64,000 nt of DNA from Pseudomonadota bacterium (GCA_023433465.1 JAEZCR010000026.1:4989-68988), one strand, 5' to 3'; shown: positions 46,789 through 55,488, counted from the first letter of the stretch. The notes: generated from the letters alone by a model not told the origin. Numbers and translations: made by a program.

Positions 46789-46884
46789 AATCTAGGGTTT
46801 GGCGTTGTGCGGTTTCTAGGTTTTAGTGTTGTATTATTTCTAGGTTTTGGCGTCAAGCGATTTCTAGGTTTTGGCGTCAAAGTG
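46789..46884. repeat. Four tandem 24-bp direct repeats (iteron-like), core TCTAGGTTTTGGCGT
   Basis: The units start at about 46789, 46813, 46837 and 46861. The last two are identical over 20 nt (TTTCTAGGTTTTGGCGTCAA). They lie 12 nt upstream of the fic start and downstream of mobC. Confidence 0.85.
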
Positions 46885-46952
46885 ACTTCGGCGTGGCCCC
46901 TCTGCGCCGAAGGCGCACCCGCGCAGCCTGGGCGTGACCGGGCCACGCGACC

Positions 46953-47504
46953 CTAACCGCCGGGCTCGGAATGCCCAACGCCCCAACTTCGCAGATTCGC
47001 CTTTAGCAACGTCTTCGTGTTCTCGCGCAGCGCTTCGCAGATTCTGAGCATCGCCCGGAATTCTTCGCGCACTGAGCTAGGCCACCCGCCTCCCTCATTC
47101 GCCACTTTGGCAATCTGATTGATGTTCCGTCCAATGGCCGCCAGCTCCGCGATGCTGCGCTTCAGCGCGAGCAGCTCGTCCTTTGGCAATGGAGTGAGCG
47201 ACCGCAGATGTGCCCGCACCAGGACGGAGACATAGGTCGCCGCCGGCATCGCTCGAGACGCAGCTCGATCGCGCAGCAGGACCTGATCGCTAGGCTGCAG
47301 GCGAACAGTCAGCCGCGCCTGGCGAAGTCCTCCTTCGTCCCGCTTGGGCTCTGAGAGTGCTTCATCGCCAACTCTTCGGAGCATGACTCCAAGCAATTCC
47401 TTGAGGAGCGCGGATTCGGTCCGGCCTTCGCGCTGGGCCAGAGCGCGAAGCCGTAGCTTCGTCTCCTGAGTCACGCGCAAGTGAATGAACGCCGATGCCG
47501 CCAT
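46953..47504 (-). CDS. mobC: MobC-family mobilisation (relaxosome accessory) protein with an N-terminal RHH-like segment
   Basis: IHLRVTQETKLRLRALAQREG (RHH-like) and LAAIGRNINQIAKVAN (MobC signature L..IG.N.NQIA). Confidence 0.65.
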   Translation of the reverse strand: MAASAFIHLRVTQETKLRLRALAQREGRTESALLKELLGVMLRRVGDEALSEPKRDEGGLRQARLTVRLQPSDQVLLRDRAASRAMPAATYVSVLVRAHLRSLTPLPKDELLALKRSIAELAAIGRNINQIAKVANEGGGWPSSVREEFRAMLRICEALRENTKTLLKANLRSWGVGHSEPGG

Positions 47505-47702
47505 GCGTGTGATCGTGAGACAAGAGCCGCCGCGAGGCTATCCTGCCTTTCACTCCAAATTCAGCCGAAACCTCACACCGACGCACACCGCGCACTCACC
47601 GTTGCTAACTAGATTTCGAGCGCCGCACGTCATCAAGGTTTAGCTCGAAACTTCGGCGATACCTCAACTGTCAGCGGTCCCCACGGCGTGAAACCATCAG
47701 CC

Positions 47703-48098
47703 ATGAGTGACAACTCGTCCCTTGGCGACCGGAACCACACATCGAGAGCGCACCCCGCGCCGCCGCCCCGCTTCATCCGCTTACGCGACGCCCCCGCCTA
47801 CCTCGGCATGGACAAGAACCGCTTTAACCGCGAAGTGCGCCCCTGCGTCCTCACTCTCCGCATCGGCATCCAAGGAATCGCCTTCGATCGCGTTGACCTC
47901 GATGCGTGGGCGGACGACTATAAGAGCCGCAACGGGTGCCATGCGGCTCGCTCACACAGGAGCAAATCATGGGAACCCAGAAAATGTCAGGCCTCACCAA
48001 GCGCGGTGGGACTTGGCACATCGACAAGGTGTTCAGAGGAACGCGCATTCGCGAGAGCACTGGAACAGGCGAGATCGTCAAAGCCCAGGAACTGCTAG
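47703..48098 (+). CDS. AlpA/Xis-like winged-helix DNA-binding protein (putative excisionase)
   Basis: FIRLRDAPAYLGMDKNRFNREVRP...GIAFDRVDLDAWAD resembles AlpA/excisionase family HTH. The ORF tail overlaps the integrase gene by ~130 nt, so the true 3' end is uncertain. Confidence 0.55.
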   Translation: MSDNSSLGDRNHTSRAHPAPPPRFIRLRDAPAYLGMDKNRFNREVRPCVLTLRIGIQGIAFDRVDLDAWADDYKSRNGCHAARSHRSKSWEPRKCQASPSAVGLGTSTRCSEERAFARALEQARSSKPRNC

Positions 48099-49171
48099 CC
48101 AAGCGAATCGAAGAGATTCGTGCGGCGCAGCTCTACGGCGTGAGACCCGATCGCACGTTCCGCGCGGCAGCGACCAAGTTCCTGAACGAGAACCAGCACA
48201 AGAGGAGTATCGACGACGATGCGCTGCACTTGTCCCAACTCGATCCCTTCATCGGGAACCTGTTCCTCAAGCAAGTGCATCTGGACAGCCTGCAGCCCTT
48301 CATCGCCAGCCGGCGAGCGGATGGCGTCAAGACGACGACGATCAACCTGGCGCTTGGCACGGTGAGGCGAGTCTTGAATCTGGCGGCATCAGAGTGGCGG
48401 GACGAGCGCGGCATGACCTGGCTGGAACACGCAGCGAAGATCAAGCTGCTTCCGGTCAAAGACAAACGCGCTCCGTATCCGCTTTCACGAGAGGAACAAG
48501 CCGCGTTGTTTCAGGAGCTGCCGGACTATCTAGCTCGGATGTCTCTGTTCAAGGTCAACACCGGCCTGCGCGAGCAGGAAGTCTGCGGGTTGAAGTGGGC
48601 GGACGAGGTAGAGGTTCCGGAACTCAACACATCGGTGTTCCTCATCGAAGGCGACAAGGTGAAGAACGGACAGGATCGTCTGGTCATTCTCAACCGCGTC
48701 GCGCGTTCGGTCATCGACAGTGTTCGGGGTCAGCATCCGGAGTACGTGTTCGTTCGATTTCCGAAGCCGAAGAAGTCCGAGGCCGGAAGTTCACTCGTGG
48801 GACGGAAAGGCCTTCCACTGACGAGCATGAACACGACCGCGTGGCAAAACGCTCGTGTTCGCGCTGCAGACAAGTGGAAGGAGCGAACCGGAACCGACGC
48901 GGCTGATGGCTTCCGCCGAGTGCGGGTCCACGATCTGAAGCACACATTCGGCCGTCGCCTTCGCGCGGCGGGAGTGTCCTTCGAAGATCGCCAGGACCTG
49001 CTCGGCCACAAGAGCAGCCGCATCACGACGCACTACTCCTCAGCCGAGCTGGCAAGCCTGATTGCGGCAGCCGAGAAGGTCTGCGATGCAGACTCCCACA
49101 ATTCCCCCGCAACCACCTGGCTGCGGCGAAGAGCGGGAAATGAAAACCGCGACAAGATGTTGTCGCGGTAG
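47969..49171 (+). CDS. int: Tyrosine recombinase / phage-type integrase
   Basis: AGGAG lies 6 nt upstream of the ATG at 47969. The catalytic region is RVHDLKHTFGRRLRAAGV...LLGHKSSRITTHYS (R, H-x-x-R, H, Y). It ends 7 nt from the tRNA 3' end. Confidence 0.9.
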   Translation: MGTQKMSGLTKRGGTWHIDKVFRGTRIRESTGTGEIVKAQELLAKRIEEIRAAQLYGVRPDRTFRAAATKFLNENQHKRSIDDDALHLSQLDPFIGNLFLKQVHLDSLQPFIASRRADGVKTTTINLALGTVRRVLNLAASEWRDERGMTWLEHAAKIKLLPVKDKRAPYPLSREEQAALFQELPDYLARMSLFKVNTGLREQEVCGLKWADEVEVPELNTSVFLIEGDKVKNGQDRLVILNRVARSVIDSVRGQHPEYVFVRFPKPKKSEAGSSLVGRKGLPLTSMNTTAWQNARVRAADKWKERTGTDAADGFRRVRVHDLKHTFGRRLRAAGVSFEDRQDLLGHKSSRITTHYSSAELASLIAAAEKVCDADSHNSPATTWLRRRAGNENRDKMLSR

Positions 49172-49178
49172 AGGAAAG

Positions 49179-49223
49179 TGGCGCGCCCGGAGAGATTCGA
49201 ACTCCCGACCACCTGGTTCGTAG
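49179..49223. repeat. attL: 45-bp repeat forming the 3' part of the intact tRNA-Arg
   Basis: Identical to 35022-35066. Confidence 0.9.
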
Positions 49224-49255
49224 CCAGGTACTCTATCCAGCTGAGCTACGGGCGC
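49179..49255 (-). tRNA. tRNA-Arg (anticodon ACG)
   Basis: The reverse complement GCGCCCGTAGCTCAGCTGGATAGAGTACCTGGCTACGAACCAGGTGGTCGGGAGTTCGAATCTCTCCGGGCGCGCCA folds as a cloverleaf. The anticodon loop is CTACGAA and the CCA is encoded. It closely resembles E. coli argQ/V-type tRNA. Confidence 0.9.
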
Positions 49256-49607
49256 GTGGCTCAAATTTGAGGGCGCGCATCCTACCACAACGCATTTCCG
49301 GCCCGGGAAGCAAAGATAAACCCTGCCAAAACAACCACTTGGAAGAACGCCGCCGCAGCTCCGGCGGGGCCGCCGCACGGCCGCCAGGGGCGTGAAAGGT
49401 CGATTCGGGCCGACCGGACCATGCAACGCGACCCCGGCACCGTCTCCGGCTTCACCCTGGCGGAGCGCGAGTAGTTAGCCCAAGGTCGGATTGAAGCATC
49501 GCCAAGTGGGCGCTGTCCCGCGCCGCGCTAGGACCCCGCCTACAAGGCGCCGCAGCCCCGATTGTTACCATCGTCGCCCTTTTCCTCACTCACCGAGGGC
49601 TCCCGCG

Positions 49608-50456
49608 ATGGCCGATGCCACGATGTCGAACGTGCTCAAGAAAAGTGGCAGGGAGATCCAGGCCAGTTGGACCCGGGACCTCACCAGCGCCGCGCCGAAC
49701 GCGAAAGGCCGCATCTCGGCTCTCGAACTCGAGCAACAGGCGGACGAGTTCGTAAAGCTCCTGACGACCGCGGCCGAGCATGCGCGGGCGGCGGACATCT
49801 CCGCGCCGGAGTTCAAGCCCTTGCGCGAGTTCCTCGAGGGCATCACTCGCTCGCGCGTGATGCAGGGGTTCACGTCCGACGAAACGGCGTCGTTCATCTT
49901 CTCGTTCAAGAAGCCGTTCTTCTCCGCCCTTCGCACCGAGGTCGGCAAGGACGCGGAATCGCTCGCGGAGCAGGTCTGGAAGGCGACCGAGCTGCTGGAC
50001 GCGCTCGGGCTGCATACGGTCAGCAGCTACCAGAAGTCGCGCGAGGAAGTGATCAACCGCCAGCAGCGCGAGATGCTCGAGCTGTCGACTCCGGTGGTGA
50101 AACTCTGGGAAGGCATCCTTGCGCTGCCGATGATTGGCACGCTCGACTCCGCGCGTACCCAGGTCGTCATGGAAAACCTGCTGCAGAAAGTCGTGGAGAC
50201 CGGCGCGCAGATCGCGATCCTCGACATCACCGGCGTGCCGATGGTCGACACGCTGGTCGCGCAGCACCTGCTCAAGACGGTGACCGCGCTGCGGCTCATG
50301 GGCGCCGAATGCATCATCTCGGGTGTGCGCCCGCAGATCGCGCAGACCATCGTGCACCTCGGCGTCGATCTGCAGGGTGTGACGACGAAGGCGAATCTCG
50401 CCGACGCGTTGGCGCTCGCGCTCCGTCGCACGGGCAGCAAGCTGAACCAGCACTGA
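49608..50456 (+). CDS. rsbR: RsbR-type stressosome sensor (N-terminal globin-like domain + C-terminal STAS)
   Basis: The C-terminal STAS region is STPVVKLWEGILALPMIGTLDSARTQ...AILDITGVPMVDT...GAECIISGVRPQIAQT. The ATG at 49608 is taken as the start. Confidence 0.75.
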   Translation: MADATMSNVLKKSGREIQASWTRDLTSAAPNAKGRISALELEQQADEFVKLLTTAAEHARAADISAPEFKPLREFLEGITRSRVMQGFTSDETASFIFSFKKPFFSALRTEVGKDAESLAEQVWKATELLDALGLHTVSSYQKSREEVINRQQREMLELSTPVVKLWEGILALPMIGTLDSARTQVVMENLLQKVVETGAQIAILDITGVPMVDTLVAQHLLKTVTALRLMGAECIISGVRPQIAQTIVHLGVDLQGVTTKANLADALALALRRTGSKLNQH

Positions 50457-50842
50457 TGGACAGGATTCCCATCCTGCGCATGGGCGAGTTCCTGCTCGTC
50501 ACCATCCAGGTCGACATGCACGATCAGCTCGCCCTTCGCCTGCAGGACGACCTGTCGAACACGATCCAGCGGCACACGAGCCAGGGAGTGCTGATCGACA
50601 TCTCGTCGCTCGAGATGGTCGACTCGTTCATCGGCCGCATGGTGTCCGACATTTCAGGCATGGCCAAGATCCTCGGCGCGGAAACGGTGCTGGTGGGAAT
50701 GCAACCGTCCGTGGCGATCACGCTCGTCGAGCTCGGACTGTCGTTGACGGGCGTCGCCACGGCGCTGAACGTCGAACGTGGGATGGCGATGCTGCGCCGG
50801 AAGATAGAAAGAGATGGCGGCGCCGATGTCTTCGCAAACTAG
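50456..50842 (+). CDS. rsbS: RsbS-type single STAS-domain protein
   Basis: MDRIPILRMGEFLLVTIQVD...VLIDISSLEMVDSF...AETVLVGMQPSVAITL. The start overlaps the rsbR stop (TGATG). Confidence 0.75.
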   Translation: MDRIPILRMGEFLLVTIQVDMHDQLALRLQDDLSNTIQRHTSQGVLIDISSLEMVDSFIGRMVSDISGMAKILGAETVLVGMQPSVAITLVELGLSLTGVATALNVERGMAMLRRKIERDGGADVFAN

Positions 50843-51230
50843 CGGCGCGGCCCCGCTCAAATCTGAGCACGACATCGTCCTCGCGCGCCAGGTGGTGCGC
50901 AAACTCACGCAGGAGTTGGGCTTCTCGCTCGTCGACCAGACGAAGATGGTCACGGCGGCAAGCGAACTGGCCCGCAACGCGTACGTCTATGGCCGCGGCG
51001 GCGTGATGAGCTGGGAGAAGATCGACGGCGTGGAACGTCGCGGCCTCAAGTTGCTGTTCGCGGACGAGGGCCCTGGCATCCCGGATATCGGTCTCGCGCT
51101 CACCGACGGTTGGACGTCGGGCAACGGCCTCGGAATGGGCCTGTCGGGGGCAAAGCGGCTCGTGAACGAATTCGACATCGATACGAAGGTCGGTGGCGGC
51201 ACTCGCGTGACCATCGTCCGATGGAAATGA
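50814..51230 (+). CDS. rsbT: RsbT-type serine/threonine kinase (GHKL ATPase)
   Basis: SELARNAYVYG (N box), DEGPGIPD (G1) and GNGLGMGLSGAKRL (G2). ~138 aa. Confidence 0.75.
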   Translation: MAAPMSSQTSGAAPLKSEHDIVLARQVVRKLTQELGFSLVDQTKMVTAASELARNAYVYGRGGVMSWEKIDGVERRGLKLLFADEGPGIPDIGLALTDGWTSGNGLGMGLSGAKRLVNEFDIDTKVGGGTRVTIVRWK

Positions 51231-51234
51231 AGAA

Positions 51235-52227
51235 ATGGATTCCGCCGTGAAAATCCGAGGCATCAATGCGCAGCAGCGATTCCTCATCGACGACGAAAGC
51301 AAGGTCGGCGAGGCGCGGCGCGCCGCGCAGACGCTCGCGTCCTTCGAGTTCACGGCCGAGATTGCCGGCAAGGTCGCGATCGCGGCAACGGAGCTCGCGC
51401 GAAACCTGCTGCGCCATGCGCGTGGCGGCGAGTTGCTCGTGCAGCAGCTCGAAGACGGTCAAAACGCGGCCATCGAACTACTCGCGATCGATCGCGGGCC
51501 GGGCATGCGCGACGTCGCGCGCTGCATGACGGACGGCTATTCGACCGCGGGAACGCCGGGGACCGGGCTCGGCGCGGTGCGCCGGCTCGCCGGAGAGTTC
51601 GACATCCACTCGGCGCCGGGCCACGGCACGATCGTCATGGCGCGCTTCGGGGACGTTCTCACGACGCGGTTCGGCGCGGTGAGTGTCGCCATGGAAGGTG
51701 AAATCGAGTGCGGAGATTCCTGGCACCTCGAACACCGGGGCGACGAGACGGCGCTGTTCGTCGTGGATGGGCTGGGCCATGGCACGTTCGCCGCCGCGGC
51801 CGCGCACGAGGCCGTCGGTGCATTCGACGCGGCCCCCTTCGATCAGCCCCAGGACGTGATGACGCGCGCGAACGGGCACCTCTCGAAAACGCGCGGCGGC
51901 GCCGCGGCCTGCGCCAGGGTCTCGGGCAACCGCGTGAGCTACGCGGGCGTGGGGAACATCTCGGGCGCGCTCGTCGCGCATGAGAAGTCGCAGGGCCTCG
52001 TCTCGCACAACGGGACGCTCGGGATCAATCATCGGGCCACGCAGCAGTTCGAATACACGCGCGCACCCGGCGCCCTGCTCGTAATGCACACGGACGGCAT
52101 TTCCGCGCGCTGGGATCTCAAGCACCAGCCCGACGTGCTCGTGAGCCATCCGGCCATCGTTGCGGCGATGCTCTATCGCGATCATGCGCGCGGGCGCGAC
52201 GACGCCACCGTGGTGGTGCTCGCATGA
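51235..52227 (+). CDS. GHKL ATPase-like domain fused to a PP2C/SpoIIE phosphatase (RsbX-like feedback phosphatase)
   Basis: N-terminal TELARNLLRHA, DRGPGM and GTGLGAVRRL. C-terminal PP2C motifs GDSWH and VVDGLGHG. Confidence 0.7.
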   Translation: MDSAVKIRGINAQQRFLIDDESKVGEARRAAQTLASFEFTAEIAGKVAIAATELARNLLRHARGGELLVQQLEDGQNAAIELLAIDRGPGMRDVARCMTDGYSTAGTPGTGLGAVRRLAGEFDIHSAPGHGTIVMARFGDVLTTRFGAVSVAMEGEIECGDSWHLEHRGDETALFVVDGLGHGTFAAAAAHEAVGAFDAAPFDQPQDVMTRANGHLSKTRGGAAACARVSGNRVSYAGVGNISGALVAHEKSQGLVSHNGTLGINHRATQQFEYTRAPGALLVMHTDGISARWDLKHQPDVLVSHPAIVAAMLYRDHARGRDDATVVVLA

Positions 52228-53081
52228 GCGAACTGCAGACACAACTCGCCGCGCGCGAAGCCGACATCGTCGCGCTGCGCCACGAGCTGGAAGAGACCAA
52301 CAAGGGCGTGGTCGCGTTGTACGCGGAGCTCGACGACAAGGCCGCGCAGCTGCGCGCCGCGAACGACCTCAAGAGCCGCTTCCTCTCGTACATGAGCCAC
52401 GAGTTCCGCACGCCGCTCACCTCGATGACCAGCATTTCGAACATCCTGCTGCAGCGTCTCGATGGCCCACTGACTCCCGAACAGGAGAAGCAGGTGGAGT
52501 TCATCCGCGGCTCGACACGCGAGCTCACCGAGATGGTCAACGACCTGCTGGACCTCGCGAAGGTCGAAGCCGGCCGCATCACCATCTCTCCCGAGTGGTT
52601 CGAGATGGTTGACCTGTTCGCCGCGCTGCGCGGCATGTTCAAGCCCATCGCCGCGTCGGCATCGGTTTCGCTCGTGTTCGACGAACCGGAGGGCGAGGTC
52701 AAACTGTTCACCGACGACAAGAAGCTCTCGCAGATCCTGCGCAACTTCATCTCGAACGCGCTCAAGTTCACGCCCGAAGGCGAGGTGCGCGTGTCTGCGC
52801 GAGTGCTCGACGATGGCTTCGTCGAGTTCGCGGTCGCGGACACCGGCATCGGCATCGCGCCCGAGCACATACCTCACCTCTTCACCGATTTCATGCAGCT
52901 GGACGTGAAACTGCAGAGACGCCTGCGCGGCTCGGGCCTCGGCCTCTCGCTGGCGCGCAAATTCGCGATGTTGCTCGGCGGCCGCGTCGGCGTCGAGAGC
53001 GAGGTCGGCAAGGGGTCGCGTTTCTGGGTCACACTGCCCATGCGGTTCGATCCGTCTCTGGCCGTTCAGGAGGTGACATGA
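52224..53081 (+). CDS. Cytoplasmic histidine kinase (coiled coil + HisKA + HATPase_c)
   Basis: H box SYMSHEFRTPL, N box ISNALKFT, G1 DTGIGI, G2 GSGLGLS. No TM segments. Confidence 0.85.
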   Translation: MSELQTQLAAREADIVALRHELEETNKGVVALYAELDDKAAQLRAANDLKSRFLSYMSHEFRTPLTSMTSISNILLQRLDGPLTPEQEKQVEFIRGSTRELTEMVNDLLDLAKVEAGRITISPEWFEMVDLFAALRGMFKPIAASASVSLVFDEPEGEVKLFTDDKKLSQILRNFISNALKFTPEGEVRVSARVLDDGFVEFAVADTGIGIAPEHIPHLFTDFMQLDVKLQRRLRGSGLGLSLARKFAMLLGGRVGVESEVGKGSRFWVTLPMRFDPSLAVQEVT

Positions 53082-54997
53082 GCGCGCTTCCCATCCAGAT
53101 CACCAACCAGAAGCTGCTGGTCGTCGACGACAACCCGGCGTCGTTGTATTCGACCTCGCGCATCCTGCGCGCGGGCGGCTTCGAGGTCATCGAGGCCAGC
53201 ACAGGCATGGAGGCGATCGCCGCGGCGGAGAACGCCGACATCGGCCTGATCGTGCTCGACGTCAACCTGCCGGACATCGACGGGCTCGAGGTGTGCCGAC
53301 GGCTGCGCGCGCGCACGTCGACGGCCTATCTACCTATCGTGCACCTGACGGCCACCGCGTTGAAGACCGCCGACATGTCGCTCGGCCTCTCCGCCGGCGG
53401 CGACAGCTACCTGACCCATCCGGTCGAACCGCAGGTGCTCATCGCGACGGTGCGCGCGCTGTTGTTCGCGCGCCAGGCCGACGTCATGAAGCGCACGACG
53501 GACGCGCGCTTCCGCACGATCTTCGAGCTCGCCTCGAGCGGCATCGCATTGCTCGACGAGCACCTCGTCTACCAGGACGTCAACCCGGAGTTCTGCCGGC
53601 TCACGGGCCGCGAACGCGACGCGATCATCGGCCGGAAATGCGTCGACCTCATCGCGCCCGGGCACGAAGAGATTTGCGGCAAGCTGCATGAAACGCTCGC
53701 CGACGGCGGCCGGTGGGAGGGCATGATGCCGGTCGCGCGGCCCGACGGCAGCGTCGTGAACGTCGAATGGCGCATGAGGGCCGAGAACGGTCACGGCGTG
53801 CGCATCGCGATCGCGACCAATGTCACGGAGCGCGAGAAGCTGCTCGCGAGCGAACGCGCCGCGCGCACGGAAGCCGAGCGCAGCAATCGTCTCAAGGACG
53901 AATTCCTCGCGACGCTGTCGCACGAGCTGCGCAATCCACTCAATGCGATGCTCGGCTGGGCCACCGTGCTCCGGCGCAAGAACGTCACGCCGCAGATGCT
54001 CGCGCAGGGACTCGAGGCCATCGACCGCAATTCGCGCGTGCAGAGCCATCTCATCGGTGACCTGCTCGATTTCGCAGGCATCCGATTCGGCAAGATGCGC
54101 GTGGATTTCGATGCGATTCCGCCCGGGCGCGCCGTGGAAGCCGCCGCGGAAGTCGTCGCGACCCAGGCGCAGAACAAGAGCGTGGCCATCTACCTGCACG
54201 TATCCGACCGCGACGCCCACGTGCAGGCCGACGAATCGCGCCTGCAACAGGTGGTGTGGAACCTGCTCAGCAATGCGATCAAGTTCACGCCGCGAGGCGG
54301 CCGCATCGACGTGCACGCATCCATTGTCGACGGGAGCTACGAAATCTCCGTGACCGACACGGGTCGCGGCATCAGCCCGGAGTTCCTGCCGCAGATCTTC
54401 GAGCGCTTCAGCCAGCAGGAATCCGGCACCGGCAAGAGCTTCGCCGGGCTCGGCATCGGTCTCACCATCGTCAAACACCTGGTCGACATCCACCAGGGAA
54501 CGATCGACGTGCACAGCGAGGGTGTCGGCAAGGGCGCCACGTTTCGCGTGCGCCTGCCGCTCACGGACAAGCGGCCAAGCGAGCTCGCGTCGGACCAGAG
54601 CATACGGTTGAAACGCGTGCACGTGCTGGTCGTCGAGGATGATCCCGACGCGCGCGCGCTGATCGCGCGGATCCTGTCGGATGCGGGCGCGCAGGTCCTC
54701 GACGCACCAAACGCGGAAGCGGCGATGAAGCAGATCAGCTCCACCGTGCCGGACGTGCTCGTGAGCGACATCGGCATGGCGCAACTCGACGGCTACCAGA
54801 TGCTGCGCAACCTGCGCGCGGCCGGCTTCGATGCGCAACGCCTGCCGGCGATCGCGCTCACCGCCTTTTCGCGCACGCAGGATCGGGAGGACGCGCTCGA
54901 CGCCGGCTTCCAGGTCCACATGGCCAAACCGGTGCGTGCCGAGGCGCTGATCGCCGCGGTGGCGAACCTGTCCCAGGATCGCGTCGCTCGCGCCTGA
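53078..54997 (+). CDS. Hybrid histidine kinase: REC-PAS-HisKA-HATPase-REC
   Basis: N-terminal receiver LLVVDDNP...LIVLDVNLPDIDG. PAS region. H box LSHELRNPLNA. DTGRGI and GLGIGL. C-terminal receiver VLVVEDDPD...VSDIGMAQLDG. Confidence 0.85.
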   Translation: MSALPIQITNQKLLVVDDNPASLYSTSRILRAGGFEVIEASTGMEAIAAAENADIGLIVLDVNLPDIDGLEVCRRLRARTSTAYLPIVHLTATALKTADMSLGLSAGGDSYLTHPVEPQVLIATVRALLFARQADVMKRTTDARFRTIFELASSGIALLDEHLVYQDVNPEFCRLTGRERDAIIGRKCVDLIAPGHEEICGKLHETLADGGRWEGMMPVARPDGSVVNVEWRMRAENGHGVRIAIATNVTEREKLLASERAARTEAERSNRLKDEFLATLSHELRNPLNAMLGWATVLRRKNVTPQMLAQGLEAIDRNSRVQSHLIGDLLDFAGIRFGKMRVDFDAIPPGRAVEAAAEVVATQAQNKSVAIYLHVSDRDAHVQADESRLQQVVWNLLSNAIKFTPRGGRIDVHASIVDGSYEISVTDTGRGISPEFLPQIFERFSQQESGTGKSFAGLGIGLTIVKHLVDIHQGTIDVHSEGVGKGATFRVRLPLTDKRPSELASDQSIRLKRVHVLVVEDDPDARALIARILSDAGAQVLDAPNAEAAMKQISSTVPDVLVSDIGMAQLDGYQMLRNLRAAGFDAQRLPAIALTAFSRTQDREDALDAGFQVHMAKPVRAEALIAAVANLSQDRVARA

Positions 54998-55034
54998 CCG
55001 GCGCCTCTCCAGCCTTTCCCCTGGCTTGGCGGCC

Positions 55035-55066
55035 TTGACTCTGGACCATGGTCCATAGTTTAGGAT
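55035..55066 (+). promoter_or_regulatory. MerR-type promoter/operator with a long spacer and a perfect 14-bp palindrome
   Basis: TTGACT (55035-55040), then a spacer containing TGGACCATGGTCCA (55042-55055, self-complementary), then TAGGAT about 20 nt downstream of the -35. GGAGGT RBS and the ATG at 55084 follow. Confidence 0.6.
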
Positions 55067-55083
55067 GGCCGCCGGAGGTAGAC

Positions 55084-55488
55084 ATGGAAGGCATGGGTAT
55101 CGGCAAGGTCGCGAAACTCGCGGGCGTCAGCATCGACACCGTCCGGTATTACGAGAAGACCGGGCTGATCGCGCCCGCCGCGCGCCTGCAATCCGGCTAT
55201 CGCCGCTACGGCGACCTGCAGCTCTCGCGCCTGCGCTTCATTCGCCGCGCCCAGGAGCTGGGCTTCTCCCTCAAGGACATCCGCGAGCTGCTCGGACTCT
55301 CGCGCCAGCGCGACGTGGCGCGCGTCAAACGCGCCGCGCAGGCGAAGCTCACTGACATCGACCGGCGGATCGTGGCGCTGCAATCCGTGCGCGATGGCCT
55401 GTCTCATCTCGTCGAGGCCTGTCCCGGCCACGGATCGGCGGCCGACTGCCCCATTCTCAATGCGCTGGGCGCGGACGAAGAGCCATGA
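55084..55488 (+). CDS. cueR: MerR-family copper-responsive regulator (CueR/HmrR-like)
   Basis: [24 protein letters not shown] wHTH, and a C-terminal metal loop [11 protein letters not shown]. Confidence 0.75.
   Translation: MEGMGIGKVAKLAGVSIDTVRYYEKTGLIAPAARLQSGYRRYGDLQLSRLRFIRRAQELGFSLKDIRELLGLSRQRDVARVKRAAQAKLTDIDRRIVALQSVRDGLSHLVEACPGHGSAADCPILNALGADEEP

Larger units (their letters stand above)
35022..49223. mobile_element. Integrative genomic (defence) island, ~14.2 kb, inserted in tRNA-Arg(ACG)
   Basis: Bounded by 45-bp perfect direct repeats. A tyrosine integrase plus Xis sit at the tRNA-proximal end. It also carries a MobC remnant and cargo of CBASS, Type ISP RM and Fic. The sequence is visibly more A/T-rich than the flanks (not quantified). 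Confidence 0.85.

Noticed and set aside
46672-46956. ORF encoding repeated FLGFGVKR peptides, and the possibility of a CRISPR array.
   Set aside because: The peptide repeat is just the translation of the four 24-bp DNA repeats. The repeats are contiguous with no spacers and no cas genes, so this is not a CRISPR array.
49562-50842. 426-aa ORF spanning rsbR in an alternative frame.
   Set aside because: Only the last 128 aa (from the ATG at 50456) are protein-like (RsbS STAS domain). The rest is an Arg/Gly-rich frame shadow of rsbR.
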